A stretch of DNA of 60,000 nt, taken from contig CM119372.1 in NCBI GenBank assembly GCA_051294905.1, positions 12,588,001-12,648,000 on the forward strand, read 5' to 3'. The stretch comes from Botryllus schlosseri (taxonomy: Eukaryota). The notes below the pieces were generated by a model that saw nothing but the letters and a program-made list of their open reading frames with translations, searched no databases and was not told the origin of the DNA. Of the stretch, positions 12,263 through 24,081 are shown piece by piece. Position numbers and translations under genes: made by a program. How positions within the stretch are numbered: the stretch's first letter is position 1; each line of letters starts with the position of its first letter.

Positions 12263-13614
12263 TGGGTCGTCGTTGACCTTAGTAAAAATATCATTTTCCT
12301 TTGGAGATCCGGCGTTTACCAGTGCAACAATACATTTTCTCTTGGTCATCTAACTTTTCCTAGAGTAACAAAAACCATTTTCATTTTGAAATCTGACAAA
12401 CACACCTGACAATTTGGTATTTGTTGTATTGACGATAGTTTGAAATAGATTACAACGAGCAGTGACGGAAATATACACGGACTACCGGTTTCAGAGTATA
12501 CCTCCATCAGTCGTATCACATCAATATCATCGGTTAACCACATACAATATCCTCTTGTACACAGAAATGCATGTTTCGGAAAATTGGACAATAGACTTCG
12601 ATAGTTCTGTGATGTCCAGGTTCACGCTTTGGATTTTCCAGAGTCAAAATGTCTGAATAAAACACCTCCTCGACGATGGTTGGTATGTGGATAACGGTGT
12701 TCGGAAAACGGTTGTATTTATGTCACCCATCGCGATAACAATTCCAGGTCGATTTATCCCCCGCGTGTTTACTATATTGTGTCTTTATTGGTCAATGTAT
12801 GTCTCGACATTCAGTTTGAAATCGGAAACCCTGATAAAGTATGTAACCGGATCCGGATATCAATTCTGAATCGATAAACCAATGAACAATATTCAAAGTA
12901 AACATGTTACATCCTGTGTTTCCACGAAAAAATACCATCCAGACATACGTCGCGCTTGTTTACCCACAACAGTATACGCGTAAATGGAGGTGTGTGACAT
13001 TGCATGCAATGTGTTGGTATACAAACATCGATCCACAGACATTAACATAGCCGGTAGTTTTGATGTAGATCGAATGTCATCACACCCGATAACAATGTCA
13101 TACCAATAAGCCACATTGCAACGACTCTGAGTCAATCTGAAGCAGGACATACAGACACACAAACATGGAACCGTAACATGGGTTATTCGCACGACAGTGA
13201 AAGTGAACTGTACAGTACATACCAATATTGTGATCACAGTCAAATATGCGAACCGTGCACAATCATATACCCAGGTTTTTGTTGGATATGTACGAAACCG
13301 ATAAATCGATACATTTCTTTTCCTTTGACGTCAACAATACAATCACCATTCCAATGTATCGCTCGAATGTGAGGTTCATCTGGTGTAAAATCCATGTCAA
13401 ATAACACCAAAGTGTGCTTTCCGTGTTTTATTATTTCAACCGTCGCTTCTTGTCTGTGTCGTAACACTATGGTGCAGGGACTTGAAAAACGGTGGATTGT
13501 GAAACGGATTGACATGACCAACAGAATCGACGTCAATAGACTTGTTACGATGTCGTTTCAAAATGCTCCGATGTGACGAGCGCAACCTCGATTTATTGTG
13601 GCGATGACCGTTTC

Positions 13615-13670
13615 GAAATGTTACCGGACGAACTGGACCCTTGAAATGTTACCGGACGAACTGGATCCTT
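13615..13670 (+). repeat. 28-bp direct tandem duplication at the centre of the palindrome spacer
   Basis: GAAATGTTACCGGACGAACTGGA(C/T)CCTT occurs twice. Confidence 0.9.
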
Positions 13671-14973
13671 ACGATGGTGTGTTTTATGATTGTGTGTGAA
13701 ATCACGAGGCAGTGTTCTATTGTGGTATACGATTGCAGTCTTCATTCCACTGAAACACACCTTATTGGATTACAGTATCAGCCCGATATTTGCAGAATCA
13801 CTGTTCACGATATTTATCTGGAGTCGTTATGTGGGAGTAGCGACATACATTCATCGTGACTGAAAGACTGATCGCAATCATTTCGAGCACCCGTACTAGA
13901 TCAAACGCTGTAGTCTCAGCAGAAAACTTCGGTGTCGACAACACGATGGATATTGACCCATGTATCCAATTGATCTGGGACGTCTGTCCGGAGATAGGGT
14001 CATGACTATCTTGTAATGTTACAACGCGATAAAACCATCGAGTAAATCAGTAAACGGGGTCGAAATATCGATGTAATACCGCGGACTCAGAGTCGTTGCA
14101 ATGTGGCTTATTGGTATGACATTGTTATCGGGTGTGCTTGATGACATTCGATCTACATCAAAACTACCGGCTATGTTAATGTCTGTGGATCGAAGGCTTA
14201 CTCCCCGATGTTTGTATACCAACACATTGCATGCAATGTCACACACCTCCATTTACGCGTATACTGTTGTGGGTAAACAAGCGCGACGTATGTCTGGATG
14301 GTATTTTTTCGTGGAAACACAGGATGTAACATGTTTACTTTGAATATTGTTCATTGGTTTATCGATTCAGAATTGATATCCGGATCCGGTTACATACTTT
14401 ATCAGGGTTTCCGATTTCAAACTGAATGTCGAGACATACATTGACCAATAAAGACACAATATAGTAAACACGCGGGGGAAAACTCGACCTGGAATTGTTA
14501 TCGCGATGGGTGACATAAATCCAACCGTTTTCCGAACACCGTTATCCACATACCAACCATCGTCGAGGAGGTGTTTTATTCAGACATTTTGACTCTGGAA
14601 AATCCAAAGCGTGAACCTGGACATCACAGAACTATCGAAGTCTATTGTCCAATTTTCCGAAACATGCATTTCTGTGTACAAGAGGATATTGTATGTGGTT
14701 AACCGATGATATTGATGTGATACGACTGATGGAGGTATACTCTGAAACCGGTAGTCCGTGTATATTTCCGTCACTGCTCGTTGTAATCTATTTCAAACTA
14801 TCGTCAATACAACAAATACCAAATTGTCAGGTGTGTTTGTCAGATTTCAAAATGAAAATGGTTTTTGTTACTCTAGGAAAAGTTAGATGACCAAGAGAAA
14901 ATGTATTGTTGCACTGGTAAACGCCGGATCTCCAAAGGAAAATGATATTTTTACTAAGGTCAACGACGACCCA

Positions 14974-15406
14974 CCAAGTGAAAATGGTTTGTTGGTCAGG
15001 GAAAAAATATATTCCAAAGTGAAAAAGGTTTGTTACCCAGAGAAAAAATATATTCCCAAGTGAAAAAGGTTTGTTACTCAGAGAAAAAATATATTTCCAA
15101 GTAAAAAAGGTTTATTACCAAAAGAAAAAATATATTTCCAAGTTAAAAAGGTTTGTTACCCGGAGAAAAAATATATTTCCAAGGGAAAAAGGTTTATTAC
15201 CAAGAGAAAAAATATATTTCCAAGTGAAAAAGGTTTGTTACCCAGAGAAAAAATATATCTCCAAGTGAAAAAGGTTTGTTACCAAGAGAAAAAAATATAT
15301 TTCCAAGTGAAAAAGGTTTGTTATCCGGGGCAAAAATATATTTCCAAGTGAAAGGGGGTTTGTTATTCAGGTCAAAAATATATTTCCAAGTGAAAAGGGG
15401 ATTGTT
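14974..15406 (-). repeat. Mirror copy of the 41-bp tandem array
   Basis: Unit CCAAGTGAAAAAGGTTTGTTACCCAGAGAAAAAATATATTT. Same length as the left copy, with several SNPs. Confidence 0.95.
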
Positions 15407-18400
15407 ACACTGGGTAAACGATAAATCCCTAAAGGACAATGGTATTTTAGTTAGGTAACGGTGGACCTCCAAGTGAAAATGATAATTTTACACAGGTAAA
15501 CGTCAGTTGTCCAAACCAGAATGATATTTTTACTTGGGTAGGTATCTTGTGTTCAACGCTGGTAGTGTGATTGGTCTTGTTAAACGTAGTTACCGAGTTG
15601 TACAATTATGAAGGGGAGGAAAATGAAATTGCTATTATGATCGTCAGAAGATTGTTGTATGTAGATTTGACAGTAACCCTATCATTCGCATATGACAAAC
15701 ACAATCATGGCCATTAACTAACTTGCTCGGTCTAGATCAATGCAAAAGAGATGATTCGTTTTTTGAAACCGTAGCGAAGACCACATGTAAATCTATGCGA
15801 TAGACTTCTATCTCCTTACAGTCAGTCGTGTCGTGTCCATTTTAATACGGGCCCACATGTATGACATGCACACACTAACACCGTAAACAGAAGTCGATGA
15901 TTTTGATTATTAAAAATATTTCTTGACTACACCGGAATGTCTATGTTGTAGAAAGTAAATACTATTATGGTGTTGTATGTTTAATGAAAGCGATTGGTTA
16001 CAAGTATGTTTTGGGAAATTAAATTTATTTTTCTGTATGTGACAGTTTGCGAGGAAATGAAAATAGATTCGTGGTTTTAATTTGATTGTGACTGTGTTGT
16101 TTTAATGTACGTTTCAACAGGTAGACTTGACACTGAACAGCAATTCAACCCACAAAACATATTCGTTGTATGATTTGTTACTGGTGTGTAAAGGGTTAGG
16201 AATATTTTGAATGATAATATCTACTAGCTGTTTTGTTGTGAGAGCGATCATGTGATGACTCAGCACTTTTCGTTAGCAAAGTAGATTGATCTATGTGAAA
16301 GATGTAAGGACCGTGACTAGAAAACATATGTACTTTGTTGTTGGGGAACTGCTATGGCATTGACATAACCCTCTAGGAGTGAGTATGCTTTTCTTTCACG
16401 AAAGTTTACGTGACTCCGTTGTAATAAATTTGTGTTAACTAAACTCGGATGGATACCGCAATTGTGCTGGACTTACACATGGTATTCGCATGCTGTGCAC
16501 ATATACAAACTTTTGTGTAAACAACTCTGATGTTTCTGTTAGTACTAGTTCTGTGTTGAACTATTTGATTATTAAGATACATGAACACCCCTTCAGACAA
16601 TAAAGGTCTTGTGATATCGAAACAGTTTGTAGAGTCTAACCAACCATTCTTTAGTTTTGTAATGCGAGAATATCGAGTAAAGTTAATTACTTAGTGCGAT
16701 GTTAATATCCTTCGTACTTTTGTAAGAGTTGTGGGGTAACATACAAAGTAACTAATTGACACAAACAAAATGGTGATATTATGAAGATGATGCCGCAACA
16801 ACACAGCAAGTAATATTTTGTATCGGGTGTTTGTACTTTGGGAATAGCGGAGTGTGCGATATTTTGGATATGTGTGCACGGTTGTAAACTACGGTTGTTC
16901 TTGGGTCTTGCGTCGAGTAAATCATAACTATGTCTAGAATTCAAACACATCCAAGTAAGTTCTTTAGCGACTATGATTACATTTACTTTGACGAGAGGAA
17001 ATGGAAAAATTCAAATGGATACTACTGACGAACAAAAAGTGCAAAATGGTTTTATCAGATTTAGGTGTAGGATATCTTTTCGATTTCTTTACCAGAGTGT
17101 GTTTTACAAATATTTCTAGTACACCAAAGTATAGGGTACATTTATCAAACGTCGTACAAATTGTTTATGCGACGGCAACGACTTTGGGTTACTTGGTTTC
17201 GATCCTTTTGTAAAAGATTGTCGGACAATGGTGTTATACTCCTCTGTAATGATCGAGGTACGTGATCAAGTTTCCAATCAATTAATAATCGGACATACGA
17301 CTTTGGTTTAACGAGTCATAATATTTACAAAATGCTTGCTGGTATCATAAGACACAAATCGAAATTCACATCAATCAAGACCTTTGCATGCTCTGAGTTT
17401 TGTGGTGGTGTTTATTTCGCCCGATAGAAATGAACTTGTATCAATAGTAACGCGAAACGCATTTATCATTTTCGGTGTTGGTTGTGTTCCTGATTTCTTT
17501 GTTGGTATGCACTCTACAAATAATTTCTGCATACTGAGGTATGATGCGTTTGACGAATATCATAGAAATCGTTTTTTGTGTTGGTAATGACTTTGAGTAG
17601 TTTGGTTTTATCATTACAATTACTTTAGAAGATTCAAATGATAATGCATGATCGCTACTAGCAACAATACAAACACATTTTGTAGATTTCAGTGTAGCAC
17701 ATATTTTGATTTTATTAATGCTGCGAGTTTTGTCTAGTAGAATAGGTTGCAGCCAGTAAAGATATTCCAAATTGCTCTTGTGCTGATCAAAGTCTTAGAG
17801 TTTAACCTCGTAATGTTTTACATTTAGCACGTACAACAGCTAGTCACTGAAAGGATTAAGTATTGTTCACTCACTTCGACTGGTACTCGATGCCAAAAGT
17901 GATATTTTCTAATAACCTTTACCACAACACCGGGTCTAATTATCGTGAATAATTTAATAATCAAGTCGTGGTCGAACATTACAAAATCTCATATATCAAA
18001 TCAATGTGTCAATCCTTATGTTTACAGTATGATACCTTTCAATGTAACACCGGCGTTTGATTGTAAGAAATGAATTCTCAACTACGTTGGTCAGACATTC
18101 AAATCCGGTATACTCAAATGTAATATGTTAATCTCAAACCACACACCGAGTAGTATTTACTTTGGTTTATAAAATATACCGAGTAGTAATTACTTTATCT
18201 TACAGAATAGTAACGACTTTTACAGTTGAACAAATAAAAATACGATTTGGCGGTATATGACTACAACCGAACTTGCTATGGATTTTGGAGTGTGGTGATT
18301 ACTCGCGTAGTCTTGTCTACTTTTCATAAGGATACTTTTTGCTTTGGTTGGGTAAGTTACAAACGGATTGACTTGACAAGGCTTTTTGTATTTTACTCTT

Positions 18401-18509
18401 TTGTGTATGGGAAGATGTTAAAATTGTTGAGCCGTAATACTATTTCCGTTCACTCGATTGCAACAAAAAATAACCTGCTAGTTTGTTCAAGGTTTCGACA
18501 AATAGATTG

Positions 18510-18848
18510 GTTTGGTTTATTTCACACATACAACAGTGGTGTTTATCGCCTATTAAGGTCATGTACACCACGACAATGATATTAGTAATGTTCAGGTTCT
18601 TTGCTTTTCGTATTCATTCCGGACGACTTTCACACTCGCGCGCTTCCAGCGTCAGTCTCTCTCTCTTTCATGCATCCGGACTTTTCTTTACTGCCGACTT
18701 AGTACTGGCGCGGCTCACCATCATACTGGGCTTTTTGAGACACTGCTATTGCAGTGAGGTTAGCGATGAGGAGCCCAGATAAACCTCCGAACCACAGCCA
18801 TTGGTGTCGTGACGCTGGCGCTTAACCAACTGCGCCACTCGCTTCCCC
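18510..18848 (-). mobile_element. Mirror copy of the tRNA-derived SINE inside the right arm
   Basis: Reverse complement of 8905-9243 with the same TSD. Confidence 0.8.
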
Positions 18849-19019
18849 TCGACAAATAGATTGAAATATTTCGATTTAACTCACCGCGTCACAAGTCGAT
18901 CGCGGTATGCACAAGTGGCTGTCAAGTTAGAAATATTTACAACAGGTGCTATTTCATTGATTGATTCTATTGTGTGTAGTAACACATTAAAATATCGCGA
19001 TAGTATTTACTGAAACTCT

Positions 19020-20200
19020 ATTTGGTAAACGGAAAACTCAGTCGTGAATAGAGTTGTAAGTTTCAAGGATTGTTTCAAAGTACGATCTTGAAATGTGACT
19101 GGATCAAAGTTGGTAGTCATGTTTGTCAATATATTTCGATTCAGACTATGTCAAAGTCCAAATATTTCATTTTGGATTATCTGGATTTATCTTTAGTACA
19201 TCCCACGAATGGATTCCGACGCCGCGCTATAACATTTTTGATGATAAGGACTCGAGGATTTTCATGATAGAGTTGACGAGCGATAAGATGGGTGTTTTGT
19301 TAAGAGTTTGATTTCAAGTTAATAAAGACAATAACTGTATAATGCACATACGTATGTGATTCTTGATTCTTGTAGAGTTATAGTTGGTATTGATTCTATA
19401 GGTGTGAAAACAGCGGCGCGGAATGTGCGAATAATTCAATGTGGCTGAAAGTCGGTGTCAGTAATATTCAGGTTACGGTCGAATCAAAAGATCACGAAAA
19501 GATTTCTCAAAATAATTAGAATTGTACCGAATTAACACATTCAGATACGAATCAACTTGAGCTGTGTAGCAAGTTTCATTTCGAGTTGACAAATTGACAC
19601 GTTGCTTGAATATTCTTATCACGCAACTAAAGTCCACCACGTTCGAAGTGTACAAACATATAGCAAGCACCAGAAAGCGTCAAATAGTTGGTTTTCGAAT
19701 CACCGTCTACGCCGGTTCTATGGTAAACTAATTACCGAAATATTACCTTGTGAGCGATCGGTATGTCTTTAACACCAAGTCACTAAAAATGGTTATGCCC
19801 GAAACATTATGATATAATCAAGTAAGTGAAAACTAGATTTTTAACAATTGGTAATGTTGTGAATAATTCTTTTGAGTATGGTAAGATGTTAAAATGTCTC
19901 TTTGACAAACGGAAAGCTGGATCGGGAATAGAGTTGTAATGTTACATTACTTGTTTCAAATCAGTGTGTGTATAATATCGAAACGGGACTGTGGGGGAAG
20001 TTGCTAGTCATGTTTGTCAATCCTATTTCAATGCGCACTACGCCAAAGTCGAAATAATCGGTTTCGGATTAGGATTTTACAATTATTTCACACCTTTTTG
20101 AATAAGCGTCAACTTCACAGAGGATTAGGGTTGGGTCAGAAATAAGTGAAAATTTGTCGGTATTCGAATCACCGGCTACGCCGGCTCTGTGGTAAACTAA
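19020..20200 (+). pseudogene. Two decayed tandem paralogous ORFs of unknown family within the element (mirror at 7553-8733, - strand)
   Basis: KVGSHVCQ/(fs)IYFDSDYVKVQIFHFGL versus EVASHVCQSYFNAHYAKVEIIGFGL. C-termini QIVGFRITVYAGSMVN* (stop 19729-19731) versus KFVGIRITGYAGSVVN* (stop 20198-20200). Confidence 0.6.
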
Positions 20201-20787
20201 TTACTAAAGTAACACCATGCGACTGATTCCTAGATTTAGCAAACTATTTCACACTGACTGATCTAGTGTAATAATCGATAGTAGCACACGACTGCACGGA
20301 AACAATTCAGCGCGCAGGTCATTCGAAATATAGGTCGCACGCACTGCTTAATCCTCTTGCAAGCCACGTTTCCGTTTGTGCGGTTATTGTTGGTGACTAT
20401 TCAACACCGCACGAGAGATGCCTGAAAGTACGATTCACGACTGCACCCATAAGAACACATGGTGAATCACCAACACAGCCTATACGCGAAAGCACGACAT
20501 GCGAAAGTACGACGTGCGAGAGATGCCTTTACCCGAAAGGGCGATGTGCGAGAGGTGCCTTTACCCGAAAGGGCGATGTGCCACCACGAGTTTTCCATGC
20601 GATGTGCGAGAGATGCCTATACCCGAAAGTGCGACATGCGAGTGCACCCATAAGAACCAATGGCGATGTGCGAGCGGAAGGGGGGGGGTCTAAAAGCGCG
20701 ATATGCCAACACGAGTTTTCACGGCGATGTGCGAGCGGGCCCATCCGAAAGTACGACTCACGACCCCGAGTTTTCATTACGAGTCAC

Positions 20788-21247
20788 CGCCGCAGCCTAT
20801 ACCCGAAAAGGTAACCATGCCACCCCCGCCATAAGACACAATGGCACCATGCCACCCCCGCCATAAGACGAAATAGCCGCATGCCACCCCCGGTTTCTCG
20901 GCACCATGCCGCCGCAGCCTATACCCGAAAAGGTAACCATGCCACCCCCGCCATAAGACACAATGGCACCATGCCACCCCCGCCATAAGACATAAGGGTC
21001 ACCATGCCACCCCCGCCATAAGACACAATGGCACCATGCCACCCCCGCCATAAGACGAAATAGCCGCATGCCACCCCCGGTTTCTCGGCACCATGCCGCC
21101 GCAGCCTATACCCGAAAAGGTAACCATGCCACCCCCGCCATAAGACACAATGGCACCATGCCACCCCCGCCATAAGACATAAGGGTCACCATGCCACCCC
21201 CGGTTTCACGGCACCATGCCACCCCGCCCATAAGAACCCCTGCCACC
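20788..21247 (-). repeat. Mirror copy of subterminal GC-rich tandem repeat
   Basis: Recurring ACCATGCCACCCCCGCCATAAGA. Confidence 0.9.
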
Positions 21248-22507
21248 TCACGAGCGATCTACTATACTACTTACGTCAGAAGTATTAGTATCGCTCATGA
21301 TTGCGTAAGAAGTATCCACACACTGTAAATCGATATTCGACGTACATTGTAGTGTGATTGTAAGAACACATGCCGTGCGACATAACATGTTATCGCAACA
21401 CTCCAGACGCCATCTATACCTCGCAGCAGGAAAATAATAAGCATTCTGCCTAGTTGCAAATGGTAACTTATGTATTGATGTTTAGTTAAAGGTTATGCTT
21501 GTAGTTAAACGCAGTTTGTCTGTTTGTGTTGGGCGAGCAGCAGGCCTATATGTAGCAGGGCTTTGGAACCGAAGCCCGAGCAAGGAGTCGGAGCCCCAGA
21601 GCCGTGCATTTTTAGCGTAGCCGGAGTTCTACATAAAATTCAAGTGGAGCTGGAGCCGATTATTTGAACGGTAGCTCCGGCTCCGATGTATTTCATAAGA
21701 TACTTGTGCTTTTACTAATCGTTGAATTCACATAATTTTACGATAATCGTTCACAAGATTAAGAATTGTTGCCTCGCTGTCACCACATTTTCTATCTACC
21801 CAGTAACCAAGTTCATACATAGGCACCAAAACTGGGTAAGCTGAATTTGCCGCGCTTACTCCGTATTTACTTTATTATGCCTATACCCGCAAGTTCGTTT
21901 TCAGCACAACAACGATGGCCAACTGTGTGGTACGAAAAATGATAAGAACCATGCCTGTCACAAAACGGGATTGCTGCTTATGTGAGCTGAGCAATTTACC
22001 TACGAATATATAAGCGACGCCAGCGAATAAAAACGTTAGCTTGCTGCACATTTCGACTTGGAGGCGCGCATATGCCGCACGCCGAGAAACATCGTCTCCA
22101 TTCTGAATTGGATGAGCAAATGCACGACCTTGGTTGATAGTTTTTTAATCCTAGCGCCAAATTGGACAGTATGTTATCGTTTATGCCTGCGAATTGAAAT
22201 TCATTACAGCGCATGATCGTTTATTCCAATCACGATTTGCGAACGTAAATATAGGGAAACGAATCGAAGCAGCCCAGATCGCTATCATAGTCCACACACA
22301 ATTGTCGGGATGCGAGCTGGTCAATGAGATGTCCGAACCCGGCCCTGGTGTTGAATATAAGAGGGCAATTAGTGATTGGATGCGCGCTTTCCAATTTGTA
22401 AACATCAATTTTGTGTATCCATTCCTGTCGGCTTGATACACTAGTATTCTTTAATTGTCGCGCAATGTCACTTGCGAGCTTGCAGTTTAATTAGGTACTG
22501 TGTACAC

Positions 22508-24081
22508 TAGGGTTATGACTAAAAAAATCGCCTGTAGCAGGAATTGATGAGCATTTTGGTATAAATTAAAAAAATTAAAATCATTTTGTTCAAATCGAAA
22601 AAAAATGTCCGGCACAAACCAACTTCAATTTGCGACGCTGGTCCAAATATAGAAAAAATTTACAATTCAAAGGTATTATTTGCTACAAATTCAATCTTCA
22701 GATATATGTCCTTTTGTACTTCTGGTAAAGTTCATCCATCAATTTGACTTCTCTTTCTGTTATTATGTTAGTGCCAGGGACATCAACAACGGAAATATCC
22801 GACTTCCAATGGGATTTTAAGGCACTTTATCGCTGCAGGACATTCGAGCGCAAAAATAGCAGCAAATAATCTTTGGTATACTCTAGAGCCCGATCGATAT
22901 TGGATATTTGGGTCGATACCGATAAAACCGATATCTCACACCTTGACCGAGAACCCCAATACATTCAGCCGATATTCAAAAGAAGTTGGATATACATAAG
23001 CACATTTTCAAAGCTTCAGAGCATTTATTTGAACTTATTTACAGCCATTGTTATATTTGAACATGAAATAAACCAGAAAGGCTACATCTGGGCACCTGTT
23101 AAGTGTGCACATATTGTGAACTTGCAAGGCGAACCAAAAATTTGATTAGTCTGGCCGCAACACTTCAGATGTGATGACTGAAATATCAGTTCCGACGCAT
23201 TGACAGATCCATCAGCCATTCACATATTGGTATATCTTCGTACACTAAAGCAAAATAATTTGCGATTGATTTATCAAAGGTAAAAAATTTCTACAAGCTT
23301 GACGCAACATGTTGTCACTCGATTTCTTGTTTTTAATATTGTTGCCCTTTTGTGAAAATGGAAGAATACCTACTGTATCAGATTGAGTCGAACTATATTC
23401 GCGATTACGAGACAAAGTGTCGTTCAACATATATGCGACATTGCGTTTGCGCTCGCAGTAAGACCGTCGACTATGAAACCTAGGCACGGAATGATTGACG
23501 CATGTTGGTCGCAGCTTTCGACATCGATATGTCCGTGCGCCGAATAGCCCAGTCCTCGCAAACGTAGCTCAGCGATATACAACATGCCCGCAATATAGTC
23601 AAGTGACAATATTATTGACCTATGAACTACAAAGAGTTTTCGCGCTTCGCGCGGCTATTGGCCCGCGCAATAGTTCGTCATCGAATGTGGCCCTTTGGCT
23701 GAAAAGGTTGGCCAGCCCTGATCTACATCTAAAATCGAAATTAATAATTATTTGATAATTATTTAATTTTGACTGTAAACAAGAAAAAGATAGGAATAAT
23801 TCAATATGATCGATCAAAATTAACCAAAATACTATTTTAAATCTTTGCGATTGGAATTGTGTCAGTTAAATTCAAATCAGTCGGTATATATATTATATAG
23901 TCTGTATCTACAAAAAAAAAGCCTATCCTTCATACCGTGAAAACTGGAAAATTTTTGTGCGGGAGGTTTTTGTTTACCCAGTCTTAACTTTTGATAATTT
24001 TGCAATCAGGACACAAAAGTTCATCGTTTGTGACTACAGGACACACAAAATTTTGATTTTTTTTTCCTAGTCATAACCCTA
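22508..24081. mobile_element. hAT-type MITE
   Basis: TIR TAGGGTTATGACTA...TAGTCATAACCCTA. Perfect TSD GTGTACAC. Confidence 0.85.
23110..23720 (+). mobile_element. 5'-truncated copy of the MITE family at 40359-41062
   Basis: Colinear high similarity to about 40445-41062, ending in AAAAGGTTGGCCAGCCCTG. Confidence 0.8.

Larger units (their letters stand above)
6482..13133 (+). repeat. Left arm of giant inverted repeat (6,652 bp)
   Basis: Reverse complement of 14084-21271, apart from scattered SNPs and three segments (517, 15 and 4 bp) that are absent from this arm. Confidence 0.97.
6482..21271. mobile_element. Non-autonomous Polinton/Maverick-like element organised as a 14.8-kb palindrome
   Basis: Termini AGTAGTATAAAAGATCGCTCG... 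and ...CGAGCGATCTACTATACTACT. 6-bp TSD CACGTC (6476-6481) / TACGTC (21272-21277). Arms 6482-13133 and 14084-21271 are near-identical reverse complements: mirrored ORF coordinates sum to 27753 in the outer part and 27236 in the inner part. No intact core Polinton gene was seen. Confidence 0.8.
14084..21271 (-). repeat. Right arm of giant inverted repeat (7,188 bp)
   Basis: Mirror of 6482-13133 with an extra segment at 16495-17011 and extra 15-bp and 4-bp segments near the inner end. Confidence 0.97.

Noticed and set aside
6482..21271. Pure assembly or chimeric-read fold-back artefact
   Set aside because: Considered unlikely, though not excluded without reads. The arms end precisely at transposon-type termini with a TSD, differ by SNPs and three indels, enclose a unique spacer, and the host MITE resumes correctly on both sides.
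6482..21271. Autonomous Polinton/adintovirus, or a Foldback/MULE element
   Set aside because: No pPolB, rve integrase, ATPase, protease or capsid motifs were recognised. The TSD is 6 bp with AGT termini, not the 9-11 bp typical of FB/MULE elements.
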